DNA of 64,000 nucleotides from an uncultured Chloroflexia bacterium (GTDB lineage Bacteria; Chloroflexota; Anaerolineae; CG2-30-64-16): NCBI GenBank assembly GCA_963810095.1, contig CAWEMM010000006.1, positions 128,001 to 192,000 of the forward strand, read 5' to 3'. Shown piece by piece: positions 35,679 to 44,867 of this stretch (position 1 is its first letter; each line of letters starts with the position of its first letter). The notes under the pieces were generated by a model. It saw only the letters and a program-made list of their open reading frames with translations, ran no database searches and was not told where the DNA came from. The position numbers and the translations under genes were made by a program.

Positions 35679-38323
35679 CGGTCATACTCCTGCTTGTCGA
35701 GTTCAGAGGTGGGCAGAACATGCCTGATCACGAAATAACCGCGGGCCGTGATGGAGTTCTGGTGGAGACCTTCGACGACCTCTCGGTACTCGCCGCCCCA
35801 GACGGAGCCACCCCAATCCAGCGCCTTCGCATCGGCCTCCGTGCCGTTTGGCGGCAAGGCCGTCAGGATGAAGGTCACCTTGCGGCTGATCCCGAATGAC
35901 TCTTCCTGCGGCTTGTCGAACTTGGCGTCCAGGTTGTCGTGGTCCGGATGGTACTTGTGCTTGTAGGGGTTGAGCGGATCGTTCGCCGGCAAGGTCAGGT
36001 TGTACTCCAGGGGCGTGGCGAGGTCGCCGAAAGGCCCCGTGGTGGTGATGGGCTGCTGCATGCTGAGGAAGACAACAGAGCTGAGACGCTGCGTATCGGT
36101 GATGACGTAATACGGCAGGAGCCCCACCTGCTTGCTATCCGCCACCCGCAAGATCACCCGGAACTGCGCCTGCGAGCCGCGGCCGTCTGCGAACATCGTC
36201 GGCGCGCCCACCACCAGGTTGGCACACGCGACCGGCTGGCCCTTCCACGAGATGAGGACATGTGTGGGCGTACCCGTCAGCTCGGACAGCGAGCGACCGG
36301 CGAGCGACAGCACCAGGCTGCCGTTCTTGACCCAACCGAGGTCGAACAACTTCTCCGTCCGAGCGTCACACGTCCCTCCGTAGACGGCTGCGTAGTCCTG
36401 CCGTACATAGCCGAAGTTCAGCGGGGGCTCGGCCCGATTGTCATAGGCATCATAGTAGGGCAAACGCTCCTGGCCGATCACCTGTGTCAGGTATCCGGAC
36501 GGTGTGACCGCCGTCGCGCCATCCGAGCCGAGGGTGATGCCGGCTGGGGTCGTATTCTGGACGGTGACAGGGGCGGCATTGGCTGAGGTGGGCGGGACGA
36601 CGATCGGGAACGCGGTCGTGTAACCCTCGACCACGCTGCCGCCGGCCGACAGCGGATAGTCACCGGGTGTCAGGCCGCCGGCTACGTAGCTGCCGTCGAC
36701 CGCGGTCGTGCGGCTGTTGTTGCCGACTGCCACTTCGACGCCGGCCAGACCCGGCTCACTCGGATCCTTCTGGCCATTCTGGTTCTGATCCACAAAGGCC
36801 TGGCCGCGGACGTATAGCGAGTTGGGGCTCGAGGGCGACACGGTCTCGACCGTCAGGTCGGGCAGCGTCAGGGTGACGGTGAAGGTCGAGGTATCCACCG
36901 TTCCGGCTACCGTATCGTGAATCTGGATGGAGCCATGAACGCCCGAATCGTTCAGGCTGCCGAGCGAGACCGTCAAGTCGGAATCGAAATCCGCCGCGCC
37001 CAGCCGGGCCTCGCTGACGTTGTTCACCAGCACTTCGCCCACCCACAGCCCGGCATACGAACCTGGCTCCGCAGCCACCGGGAAACGCCAGAGCGCACCG
37101 AGTTCGGGAGAGAGGACCTCGAAGAGCGTTTCGCCCGCGGCGGGCTGGTCGGCCACCGGGACCCGCAGTGTGAGCTGTCTGCCGTCGCCGGGCTGCAGCA
37201 CGAAGCTGGGGCTCGCGCTACGCAGGTCGACCGTGGTCGTGCCGTCGCCGGTATAGTTGAGCGCGACGGCCGTCCCTGCACCCGGGGGCAGGCGCAAAGT
37301 CACCGTGGCGGCCTTGTCCGATGCATTCCGGACCACGAGGGTCTTGACCTGCCCCACGGCGCCGGCTTGGAAACTTAGCCCCTCGGCCGGCGGATTGCTG
37401 ATGTCTAGCGGCGAGGCGAAGTCGGGCGTCGCAGGTTGACCCTCCGGCGGCTCTTCGGCGTAGCGTACCAGGTACGCGACGGACGACTGCAGGGTGTCCG
37501 TGCCGACCAGCGGCGCGGTCCAACTGCCATCCACGGTGAGGCCGCGCACTTCCAGGACGGGCGAGCCGGTGAGGAATGTGGCGACCGTGGCGCCCGACGC
37601 GGTCAACGGGAAGCCGGCCAGATTGTAGGCTCCCGCCCGCCAGCGATGATGCCCCGGCACAGGCTTGCCGGAAACCCGAAATGTCCCGTTCGTCCCGGCC
37701 TGCATCTTGATCAAATAGCCGGTGTTTGCGTGCAGGTTGGTAAGCGTGCTGAGGAACTCACGCGAGCGGCCGTCGGGACCTCTATTCGCCACCGGCAGAT
37801 AGCGGTCCCAGCCAGGCGCGTCCCACAACCCTTCGCCCGGATCGACGATGTAGTCCTTGTGCGTCGGCGGCTGGTTATAGGTCCAGACGCTCTCGAGGCC
37901 GGCGAGGCCGTCAAACACGGCGTCGAGCAGCGGCTTCTTGTAGCCCAGCTCCGGCTTACTCGGATCGACGAGACCGGATGGGTTAATGGGCTCGACGCCA
38001 AGGTAGACGGCATTCCAGCCCTCGTGCAGCGTGAAGACCTGGGTCACCACGGCGCCCTGAATCGTCTCGGTGACGCTGTCCGGCGCGGCCGCGGCTGCCG
38101 TCGCCGGCAGTGGGGCTGAGGCCGGTAGCTTCAGGACGGCAGCCGCCGGTTCGACCGCGGCCGGCTCCTTCTGCGCTTCCGCACGCTGAGCGTTGGGGGC
38201 TGCGACCGCCGGCGCGGGGGCACCGGATGCCGACACGACGATGACGGCGGCAACCAGCACCAGCAGCAGCGTAAGCGGACCCACGCGCCAGGCCAGTGAG
38301 GTGAGAGTGGGTTTGGGTTGCAT
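35675..38323 (-). CDS. Secreted hypothetical protein with GWN modules, SdrD-B-like domain and C-terminal NPYKHKYHPDHDN motif
   Basis: GAGGAGG RBS before MQPKPTL; signal peptide; TLHEGWNAVYLGVEP and GAYNLAGFPL; GQAFVDQNQNGQKDPSEPGLAGVEV; stop overlaps the giant gene start. Confidence 0.8.
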   Translation of the reverse strand: MQPKPTLTSLAWRVGPLTLLLVLVAAVIVVSASGAPAPAVAAPNAQRAEAQKEPAAVEPAAAVLKLPASAPLPATAAAAAPDSVTETIQGAVVTQVFTLHEGWNAVYLGVEPINPSGLVDPSKPELGYKKPLLDAVFDGLAGLESVWTYNQPPTHKDYIVDPGEGLWDAPGWDRYLPVANRGPDGRSREFLSTLTNLHANTGYLIKMQAGTNGTFRVSGKPVPGHHRWRAGAYNLAGFPLTASGATVATFLTGSPVLEVRGLTVDGSWTAPLVGTDTLQSSVAYLVRYAEEPPEGQPATPDFASPLDISNPPAEGLSFQAGAVGQVKTLVVRNASDKAATVTLRLPPGAGTAVALNYTGDGTTTVDLRSASPSFVLQPGDGRQLTLRVPVADQPAAGETLFEVLSPELGALWRFPVAAEPGSYAGLWVGEVLVNNVSEARLGAADFDSDLTVSLGSLNDSGVHGSIQIHDTVAGTVDTSTFTVTLTLPDLTVETVSPSSPNSLYVRGQAFVDQNQNGQKDPSEPGLAGVEVAVGNNSRTTAVDGSYVAGGLTPGDYPLSAGGSVVEGYTTAFPIVVPPTSANAAPVTVQNTTPAGITLGSDGATAVTPSGYLTQVIGQERLPYYDAYDNRAEPPLNFGYVRQDYAAVYGGTCDARTEKLFDLGWVKNGSLVLSLAGRSLSELTGTPTHVLISWKGQPVACANLVVGAPTMFADGRGSQAQFRVILRVADSKQVGLLPYYVITDTQRLSSVVFLSMQQPITTTGPFGDLATPLEYNLTLPANDPLNPYKHKYHPDHDNLDAKFDKPQEESFGISRKVTFILTALPPNGTEADAKALDWGGSVWGGEYREVVEGLHQNSITARGYFVIRHVLPTSELDKQEYDR

Positions 38324-38391
38324 CAGGGAAACCTCCTCGACCGGGGAAGGGCCGGACTCATCAACTGAAAAGCATACGGATCGAAACGGCG

Positions 38392-38979
38392 CTAGGGTCG
38401 CCGCACTGCGGGCAAGTAGGTTTTGAACGTGGGCGGAGCCGGCCGGACGACGACCGGGCCGTCTTGCGTCGCATGCTCGAGCGGGAGGGAATTCACGTCC
38501 GCAAATGTCAGCACCTCGACGCTCAGATTGGTCAGGGTATCTTGCGCCACCGCCAGGACCGGCTGCCACATGATGTTGGTGACCGTGACAGGCGACGCGC
38601 CGGCCGACACACCGCCGATCGACAGCACATTGAAGAGGACCGCATCGGCCTTGCCATCCCCATTGGTGTCCTCATTCGGGTTGCACATGCCGACGTCGAA
38701 CAAGCTGCTGCGTTGGCACCCTGTTGCCCTTAGCATGAGGGGATCGAACCTGACCCGAATGGTGGCCGCGCCCAACTTCTGAACGTTGGCGACCTGCACG
38801 GGGAGGGGCGCTGGGGCGCTGCCCGACCGCAGCTTGCCGCCGGCAGCAATGACCGTTGCGGCGGCCGATGGCGCGTCGGGTAACGGGGAGCTGGCGAAGG
38901 CCGGTTCGCCCCCCTCAGGCGACAGGCCCACCAGCAACAACAATATCACAAGTGCGATCCAAGTTTTGACACAATCCAT
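38392..38979 (-). CDS. Secreted single cohesin-like domain protein with terminal YLPAVRR motif
   Basis: GGAGG RBS; signal peptide; VQKLGAATIRVRFDPLMLRATGC...MCN. Confidence 0.75.
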   Translation of the reverse strand: MDCVKTWIALVILLLLVGLSPEGGEPAFASSPLPDAPSAAATVIAAGGKLRSGSAPAPLPVQVANVQKLGAATIRVRFDPLMLRATGCQRSSLFDVGMCNPNEDTNGDGKADAVLFNVLSIGGVSAGASPVTVTNIMWQPVLAVAQDTLTNLSVEVLTFADVNSLPLEHATQDGPVVVRPAPPTFKTYLPAVRRP

Positions 38980-39067
38980 TTTGTGCCTCCAGCCCCGACC
39001 CAAGCGCGGTCGAGTTCCGGTGAACGACGTTTGGGACGGCCAACGAGCGGGGCCGCGATGGAATACG

Positions 39068-39397
39068 TTAACCTTGTTCAGATGGTGAAGTCAGGATGCG
39101 CGTGAGGTCCGCCAACGTGGAGAGGTGGGCGGGTGACCCGGACAGCGACAATACCTGATGAGTCTCGAGGTCAAAGCCGAGCATGAGCAGGTGGCTGTGA
39201 GCCGCCAGGCAAGCGCGTGCACAGTCGGGGATCCCATTGGCGATATCAAAGAGGATCGCGTCGGGGGTGAAGTCGTCTGGCCAGGCATCCAACACGGTTG
39301 TTACCCGGCGAAGCGCAACCTGAGGCAGACCGGCCGCGGCTGCCCCAATGCTTTCCATCGCCAGTGACGAGCCAACCAACAGGATGCGTCGATGCAT
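39068..39397 (-). CDS. Small hypothetical protein, degenerate receiver-like
   Basis: MHRRILLVGSSLAMESI...PDAILFD...LLMLGFDL resembles REC beta1/beta3/beta4 but lacks the acidic pocket. Confidence 0.55.
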   Translation of the reverse strand: MHRRILLVGSSLAMESIGAAAAGLPQVALRRVTTVLDAWPDDFTPDAILFDIANGIPDCARACLAAHSHLLMLGFDLETHQVLSLSGSPAHLSTLADLTRILTSPSEQG

Positions 39398-39458
39398 GCC
39401 GACCCTTTCACCCCGCATGGAGAACCGCAGCCGTGCAGGGACACATTGCGTGAAAATA

Positions 39459-39557
39459 AGAATAACCATGTGTGCGCGGGGTGTCACTGTCCGCAAGGGG
39501 TGAGGAAAGTACAGTCGGAGGTGTGAGAAGTACAGGGCGCGGGTGGAGAAAGTACAG
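39459..39557 (-). promoter_or_regulatory. Putative operon promoter with three upstream AAGTACAG direct repeats
   Basis: Minus strand GTGACA-17-TATTCT (39487-39459); AAGTACAG (plus strand) at 39507, 39528 and 39550. Confidence 0.5.
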
Positions 39558-39648
39558 TGAGCGGGACGGGGCGCTCACGACATGGGTTCCGGGCCGGGGT
39601 GACAGTGGGTGAGCCGCCCTTCACACCCCGACCCGAGATGCTGGCCGG

Positions 39649-40281
39649 CTATATCCCGTGGTCGCGGGCGTAGGCTTCGACCTCGGCGCGGTTGGCTAGA
39701 TGAAGAAGCCCGAGGATCTCGCCCATGTGATACTTGACCGTGCGCTCGGCCAACCCAAGTTCGGTGCCTATCTCTTTGTAGGTCATGTCCCGGGAGATAA
39801 GAGCCAGGATCTGGGCCTGGCGGGGCGAAAGCCGCACAGGCGCCGGTGGATTGGGCGGCCGCTGTGCCAGGCGCGAGAATTCCTTGACAACCCGCTGCGC
39901 CAGCCCGGGCCCCATGACCACCTCGCCCCGGGCAAGTTCCTCGAGCGAGCGGAAGAAACTCTCCGTATCCTGCGTTTTCAGGAGATAGCCTGACACGCCC
40001 AAGCGAATGGCCTCGAACAGGTTATCATCGTCGGTCCACATGGTTAGAATGACGATATGGGCATCGGGGAACTCGGCCTTGATGAGCCGTGCACCCGCCA
40101 GTCCATCGCAATGCGGCATGCGGATATCCATCAGCACCAGGTCTGGGCGCAGGGTGCGATATTGCGCCAGCGCCTCCAACCCGTCGTGAGCCACGCCCAC
40201 GACCTCGTATTGCCGTGCGACGAGCAAGTTACGCAGGCCCTCGAGGAAAAGCGGATGATCGTCGACCAGGAGCAGACGCAC
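39649..40281 (-). CDS. NarL/LuxR family response regulator
   Basis: LLLVDDHPLF...PDLVLMDIRMP...GYLLK...LSPRQAQIL...TYKEIG...TVKYHM. GTG start chosen after GGAGG. Confidence 0.93.
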   Translation of the reverse strand: MRLLLVDDHPLFLEGLRNLLVARQYEVVGVAHDGLEALAQYRTLRPDLVLMDIRMPHCDGLAGARLIKAEFPDAHIVILTMWTDDDNLFEAIRLGVSGYLLKTQDTESFFRSLEELARGEVVMGPGLAQRVVKEFSRLAQRPPNPPAPVRLSPRQAQILALISRDMTYKEIGTELGLAERTVKYHMGEILGLLHLANRAEVEAYARDHGI

Positions 40282-40309
40282 GGCGACCTCCAATGATAGT
40301 ACGAGAGCC

Positions 40310-41422
40310 TTATGGTGTGGGATAACCAGTTTCGATGGAATAGCCGGATGCTTCCCGGCCGGCAGCTGCTTCGCGCGCGGCCACCCGTTCGCGGCGCCAA
40401 TCCTCCTCGGTCGGCGGGGTGGGTAGAATCTCGCCCTCGGGCCGGCGGATGAGGCTCAGCGCGCCCTCGGGGCAGGCCAGCACGCAGACTCCGCACCCGA
40501 GACACCGGAAGGCGTTGACAATCGCCGTCGCCTCGACGTCGAGCGCGCCGAATTGGCACGCGTCTTCGCACAGCCCACAGCCCTGGCACAGGCCCGCATC
40601 GACCGTGTTGACAAAAGCCGACCGGGCAACTGCGTTCGCCATGCCAAGCTCGGAGATGCCGCGCAGGATGCCGCAGGAGCAAGTGCAGCAGTTGCAGATG
40701 TAGGTGAGCCCTTCCTGGTTGTTGCTCACGCTGTGCACCAAGCCTGCTTCGGCCGAACGCCTGAGCGTGTCGAGCGCCTGCTCCTTTGTGAGCACCTTCA
40801 TCGAGGGCAAGCGGTCGAACGCGCCCGGCGTCGTGCTGAGGGACAGGCAGACATCCACCGGGTGATCGCAAGGATCGCCGATGAGCGCCTTCTGTTTGCG
40901 GCAGATGCAATCTACGACGCCCCAGGCCGCATTGGCCTCGACGATCGCCGTGGCGCTTTCGAACGGAGCTATCTCCATATCGACGCGCACCGCGTGGTCG
41001 ATCGGGATCACCCGGTGCACCGAGGGCGCGGAGGTCATGACGCGCGCAAAGCCGTCCTGGTAGTATTGCTCGAAAAGCCGCGCCAACTCGGAGTCGATTG
41101 TGGGCCCCTGCATCTCGTAAATGCCCACAACAAAAGGCAACAGTCCAAAGCCCCAACCTGTGGGGACGCGAGCCGCCTTAATCAGCCCACGCTTCGCCAT
41201 ACCGATAAGTTGTCCCATGAGGGGGCGGGGTTCGCGCCCCAGCCGGGCTGCGAGTTCATCGACCGTCTCGGGTGTTGGGCTCAATTCGCAGGCAAGCGCC
41301 GCGTCTTCGGGTGTGAACAAGAGGGCGAGCAGGCGGAGCTCAACGCCGTCCGCGGTGGGGGGAAAGCCATTTGGCAGGCTGTCCAGTCGTTGCGCCAGGG
41401 AGCGATAAATTGGGTCGGGCAT
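40310..41422 (-). CDS. 4Fe-4S binding protein with N-terminal HTH-like region
   Basis: CICR, ICNCCTCSCG, CQGCGLCEDACQF and CLGCGVCVLACP. Start at MPDPIYRSL after GAAGGA. Confidence 0.85.
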   Translation of the reverse strand: MPDPIYRSLAQRLDSLPNGFPPTADGVELRLLALLFTPEDAALACELSPTPETVDELAARLGREPRPLMGQLIGMAKRGLIKAARVPTGWGFGLLPFVVGIYEMQGPTIDSELARLFEQYYQDGFARVMTSAPSVHRVIPIDHAVRVDMEIAPFESATAIVEANAAWGVVDCICRKQKALIGDPCDHPVDVCLSLSTTPGAFDRLPSMKVLTKEQALDTLRRSAEAGLVHSVSNNQEGLTYICNCCTCSCGILRGISELGMANAVARSAFVNTVDAGLCQGCGLCEDACQFGALDVEATAIVNAFRCLGCGVCVLACPEGALSLIRRPEGEILPTPPTEEDWRRERVAAREAAAGREASGYSIETGYPTP

Positions 41423-41766
41423 GGTGCGTTCCTTCGGGGAGACTCCGCTAAGGATACACCACATTCGCCGGCAGTGAAAGCTCATGGGGGCGCGCACGCG
41501 ATGGCGAATCGACTTGACCCGCCTCCCTATCCCGGCTAGACTACCCGGCACGTGGAAAGGACACGCTAACCCCATTGCGATTAGACATCCACCCCGCGTG
41601 GCTGGACAACGCGGGATGAAATAGGCCACTGACTGAACGGATCGGACTGATTATCAGGCTCTCTGCCCATGGGCCAGTGCAGATCAGTTTAATCGGTTGC
41701 ATCAGTGTCCCATTTCAGGTCAGTCTAGACTAGCCGCCAGCACAGCCCCAGACGACGGAACGAAGA

Positions 41767-42484
41767 GTGACTCAGACCAGCGAGATTGCCGACCTCCCCG
41801 CGCTTCGCCGCCGCGAGTTCCTGCTTGGCGTGCGCGACGAAGCCCCGATTCTGCTAGGCGTCGCGCCGTTCGGCGTCATTTTCGGCGCCCTCGCAGTGGC
41901 GGCGCACCTCCCGGCCGCAGCGGCGCAGGCGATGTCTTCGATCATCTTCGCGGGCTCGGCCCAGTTCATCGCGGCCCAGCTTTTCGGCGCCGGCGGCATC
42001 GGGCGCGGTCATCGTACTGGTGGTGTTCGTCGTGAACTTGCGCCACGCGCTGTACAGTGCGTCGGTGGCCCCCCATCTGAAGCACCTGGGCCCGGCTTGG
42101 AAAGCCCTGCTCGCGTACCTGCTTACGGACGAGGCTTATGCGGTCGTCATCATGCACTACAACAAGCCCGGCGACGCGTCGCGCAGGCACTGGTACTTCC
42201 TGGGGGCGGGGCTGACGCTGTGGGCCTGCTGGCAGATCAGCACGGCCGCGGGGATCCTCCTGGGCGCGCGCATCCCGGCCGACTGGCCGCTCGGATTCAT
42301 GCTTCCGCTGACCTTCATTGCACTCGTCGTCCCGACGCTGCGCGAGCGGCCCATGATTGCGGCTGCGGCCAGCGCGGGCATCGCCGGCTACCTCACGACC
42401 GCATTTCCGCTGAAGACCGGGATTCTCTTCGCCGCCCTGATCGGGATTGCGGTTGGGATGCTCGTAGAGAAGGCTCGGCGATGA
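41767..42484 (+). CDS. azlC: AzlC family branched-chain amino acid exporter (frameshift ~41995)
   Basis: [19 protein letters not shown], then in the next frame VNLRHALYS and LTDEAYA. Confidence 0.85.
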
Positions 42485-42804
42485 GTACATGGCTGACGAT
42501 CTGTGTCGCAGGCCTACTAACGTACGGCATCCGGCTGTCGTTCATTTACCTTTCCGGGCGAGTGACCATGCCCGACTGGTTCATGCGGGCGCTCCGCTAC
42601 GTCCCGGCCGCGGTGTTGTCCGCGATCATCGTGCCGGAAACCCTGACCTGGCAGGGGACGACCGGCCTGGACTGGCGCAACCCGCAGTTGTGGGCCGCGA
42701 CCGTCGCAATCCTGGTGGGGCTGCGCGTGCGAAATGTGCTGGCGATCATCGCGGCGGGCGTGGCCGCGTTCCTGTTCGCCAGTTGGCTGCTCGCCCAACT
42801 GTGA
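42481..42804 (+). CDS. azlD: AzlD domain protein
   Basis: [22 protein letters not shown]...[16 protein letters not shown]; ATGA overlap with azlC. Confidence 0.85.
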   Translation: MSTWLTICVAGLLTYGIRLSFIYLSGRVTMPDWFMRALRYVPAAVLSAIIVPETLTWQGTTGLDWRNPQLWAATVAILVGLRVRNVLAIIAAGVAAFLFASWLLAQL

Positions 42805-42909
42805 CATAGCGGAAACCGCAAAGGCTCGAAGACACGACGCTTCACAAAGCTCTTCAAGAGGCTTCGTGTCTGCGAGCCGCTGTGGTAATGAAGCCGGTGC
42901 CGGCAGGCA

Positions 42910-44222
<1,313 letters not shown>

Positions 44223-44224
44223 CT

Positions 44225-44262
44225 AACAAAAGCGCCCCCTCACATTCGACTGTGAGAGGGCG
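44225..44262 (-). terminator. Attenuator terminator in the metY leader
   Basis: CGCCCTCTCACA-GTCGAA-TGTGAGGGGGCG then CTTTTGTT. Confidence 0.75.
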
Positions 44263-44351
44263 TCAACGGCACGCTGTGCCGCGGTCGCGCTGCCTGGTTA
44301 AGCAAAACATCCCCTGTGCGGGGATGAGCAGGAAGCAGCAAACAAACCTCC

Positions 44352-44492
44352 TCTCATCTTCCAGAACCAAGACTTGCAGTCGCAAGTCCTCTGCCGGAGT
44401 TGGCACCCTAGCCCATTGCGGCTAATCACTGCCGCATGGCGCCGGGTTGTCGAGGCATCGTCGGGCCGGTCCCTCCGCCTCTCTGGATGAGA
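44352..44492 (-). ncRNA. SAM-I (S-box) riboswitch
   Basis: CTCATCCAGAGAGGCGGAGGGACCGGCCC...CAACC...GGTGCCAACTCCGGCAG...CTGGAAGATGAG upstream of metY. Confidence 0.92.
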
Positions 44493-44518
44493 AATCCATC
44501 TATTCGGTTGTGGGCGAG

Positions 44519-44547
44519 ACTATAGCAGACGTCACATTGGATGTCAA
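44519..44547 (-). promoter_or_regulatory. Sigma70-type promoter for the SAM-I/metY leader
   Basis: TTGACA-17 nt-TATAGT with extended -10 TG. Confidence 0.75.
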
Positions 44548-44796
44548 GCCGTAAGAACGGGTGCAGGTGAGCTTTTCCAAAGTCGCGCCCGCGTCTGACC
44601 GCGGTACGAGGTACGTCGGGCCGCGGCGAGGGCGGGACAGACGAAGCGGCCTTTCTTTGTTAGTTTTGTGGTGAGGAAACCCAAAACGACAGCCGTCCGC
44701 CCGATCGAGACCGAGCTGCCCGATCGTGACTCTTAATCGTTGACCTCGCCAAGGTGACAGTACAGGCCCGGCGCTTCGTGCCCTGGGCAAAGTAAT

Positions 44797-44831
44797 GGGG
44801 GCCGCCTCGTCGTACACTTGAGGCGGCCCCC
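44797..44831 (-). terminator. Intrinsic terminator of the surface-protein gene
   Basis: 12-bp perfect stem GGGGGCCGCCTC/GAGGCGGCCCCC followed on the minus strand by ATTACTTT. Confidence 0.7.
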
Positions 44832-44867
44832 AACTCAGGTTATCAGGCCCGGAAAGGTGTTAGCCTC

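Noticed and set aside
14190-38979. Classical cellulosome locus
   Set aside because: Cohesin and dockerin modules are present, but I recognised no glycoside hydrolase or CBM3 domain.
41767-42804. AzlC-AzlD fusion (345 aa)
   Set aside because: Frameshift at ~41995; the true AzlC C-terminus is in the 42020-42484 frame and azlD has its own ATG.
44550-44790. Possible small RNA or short ORF between the terminator and the metY promoter
   Set aside because: No recognisable RNA family motif or credible coding signal.
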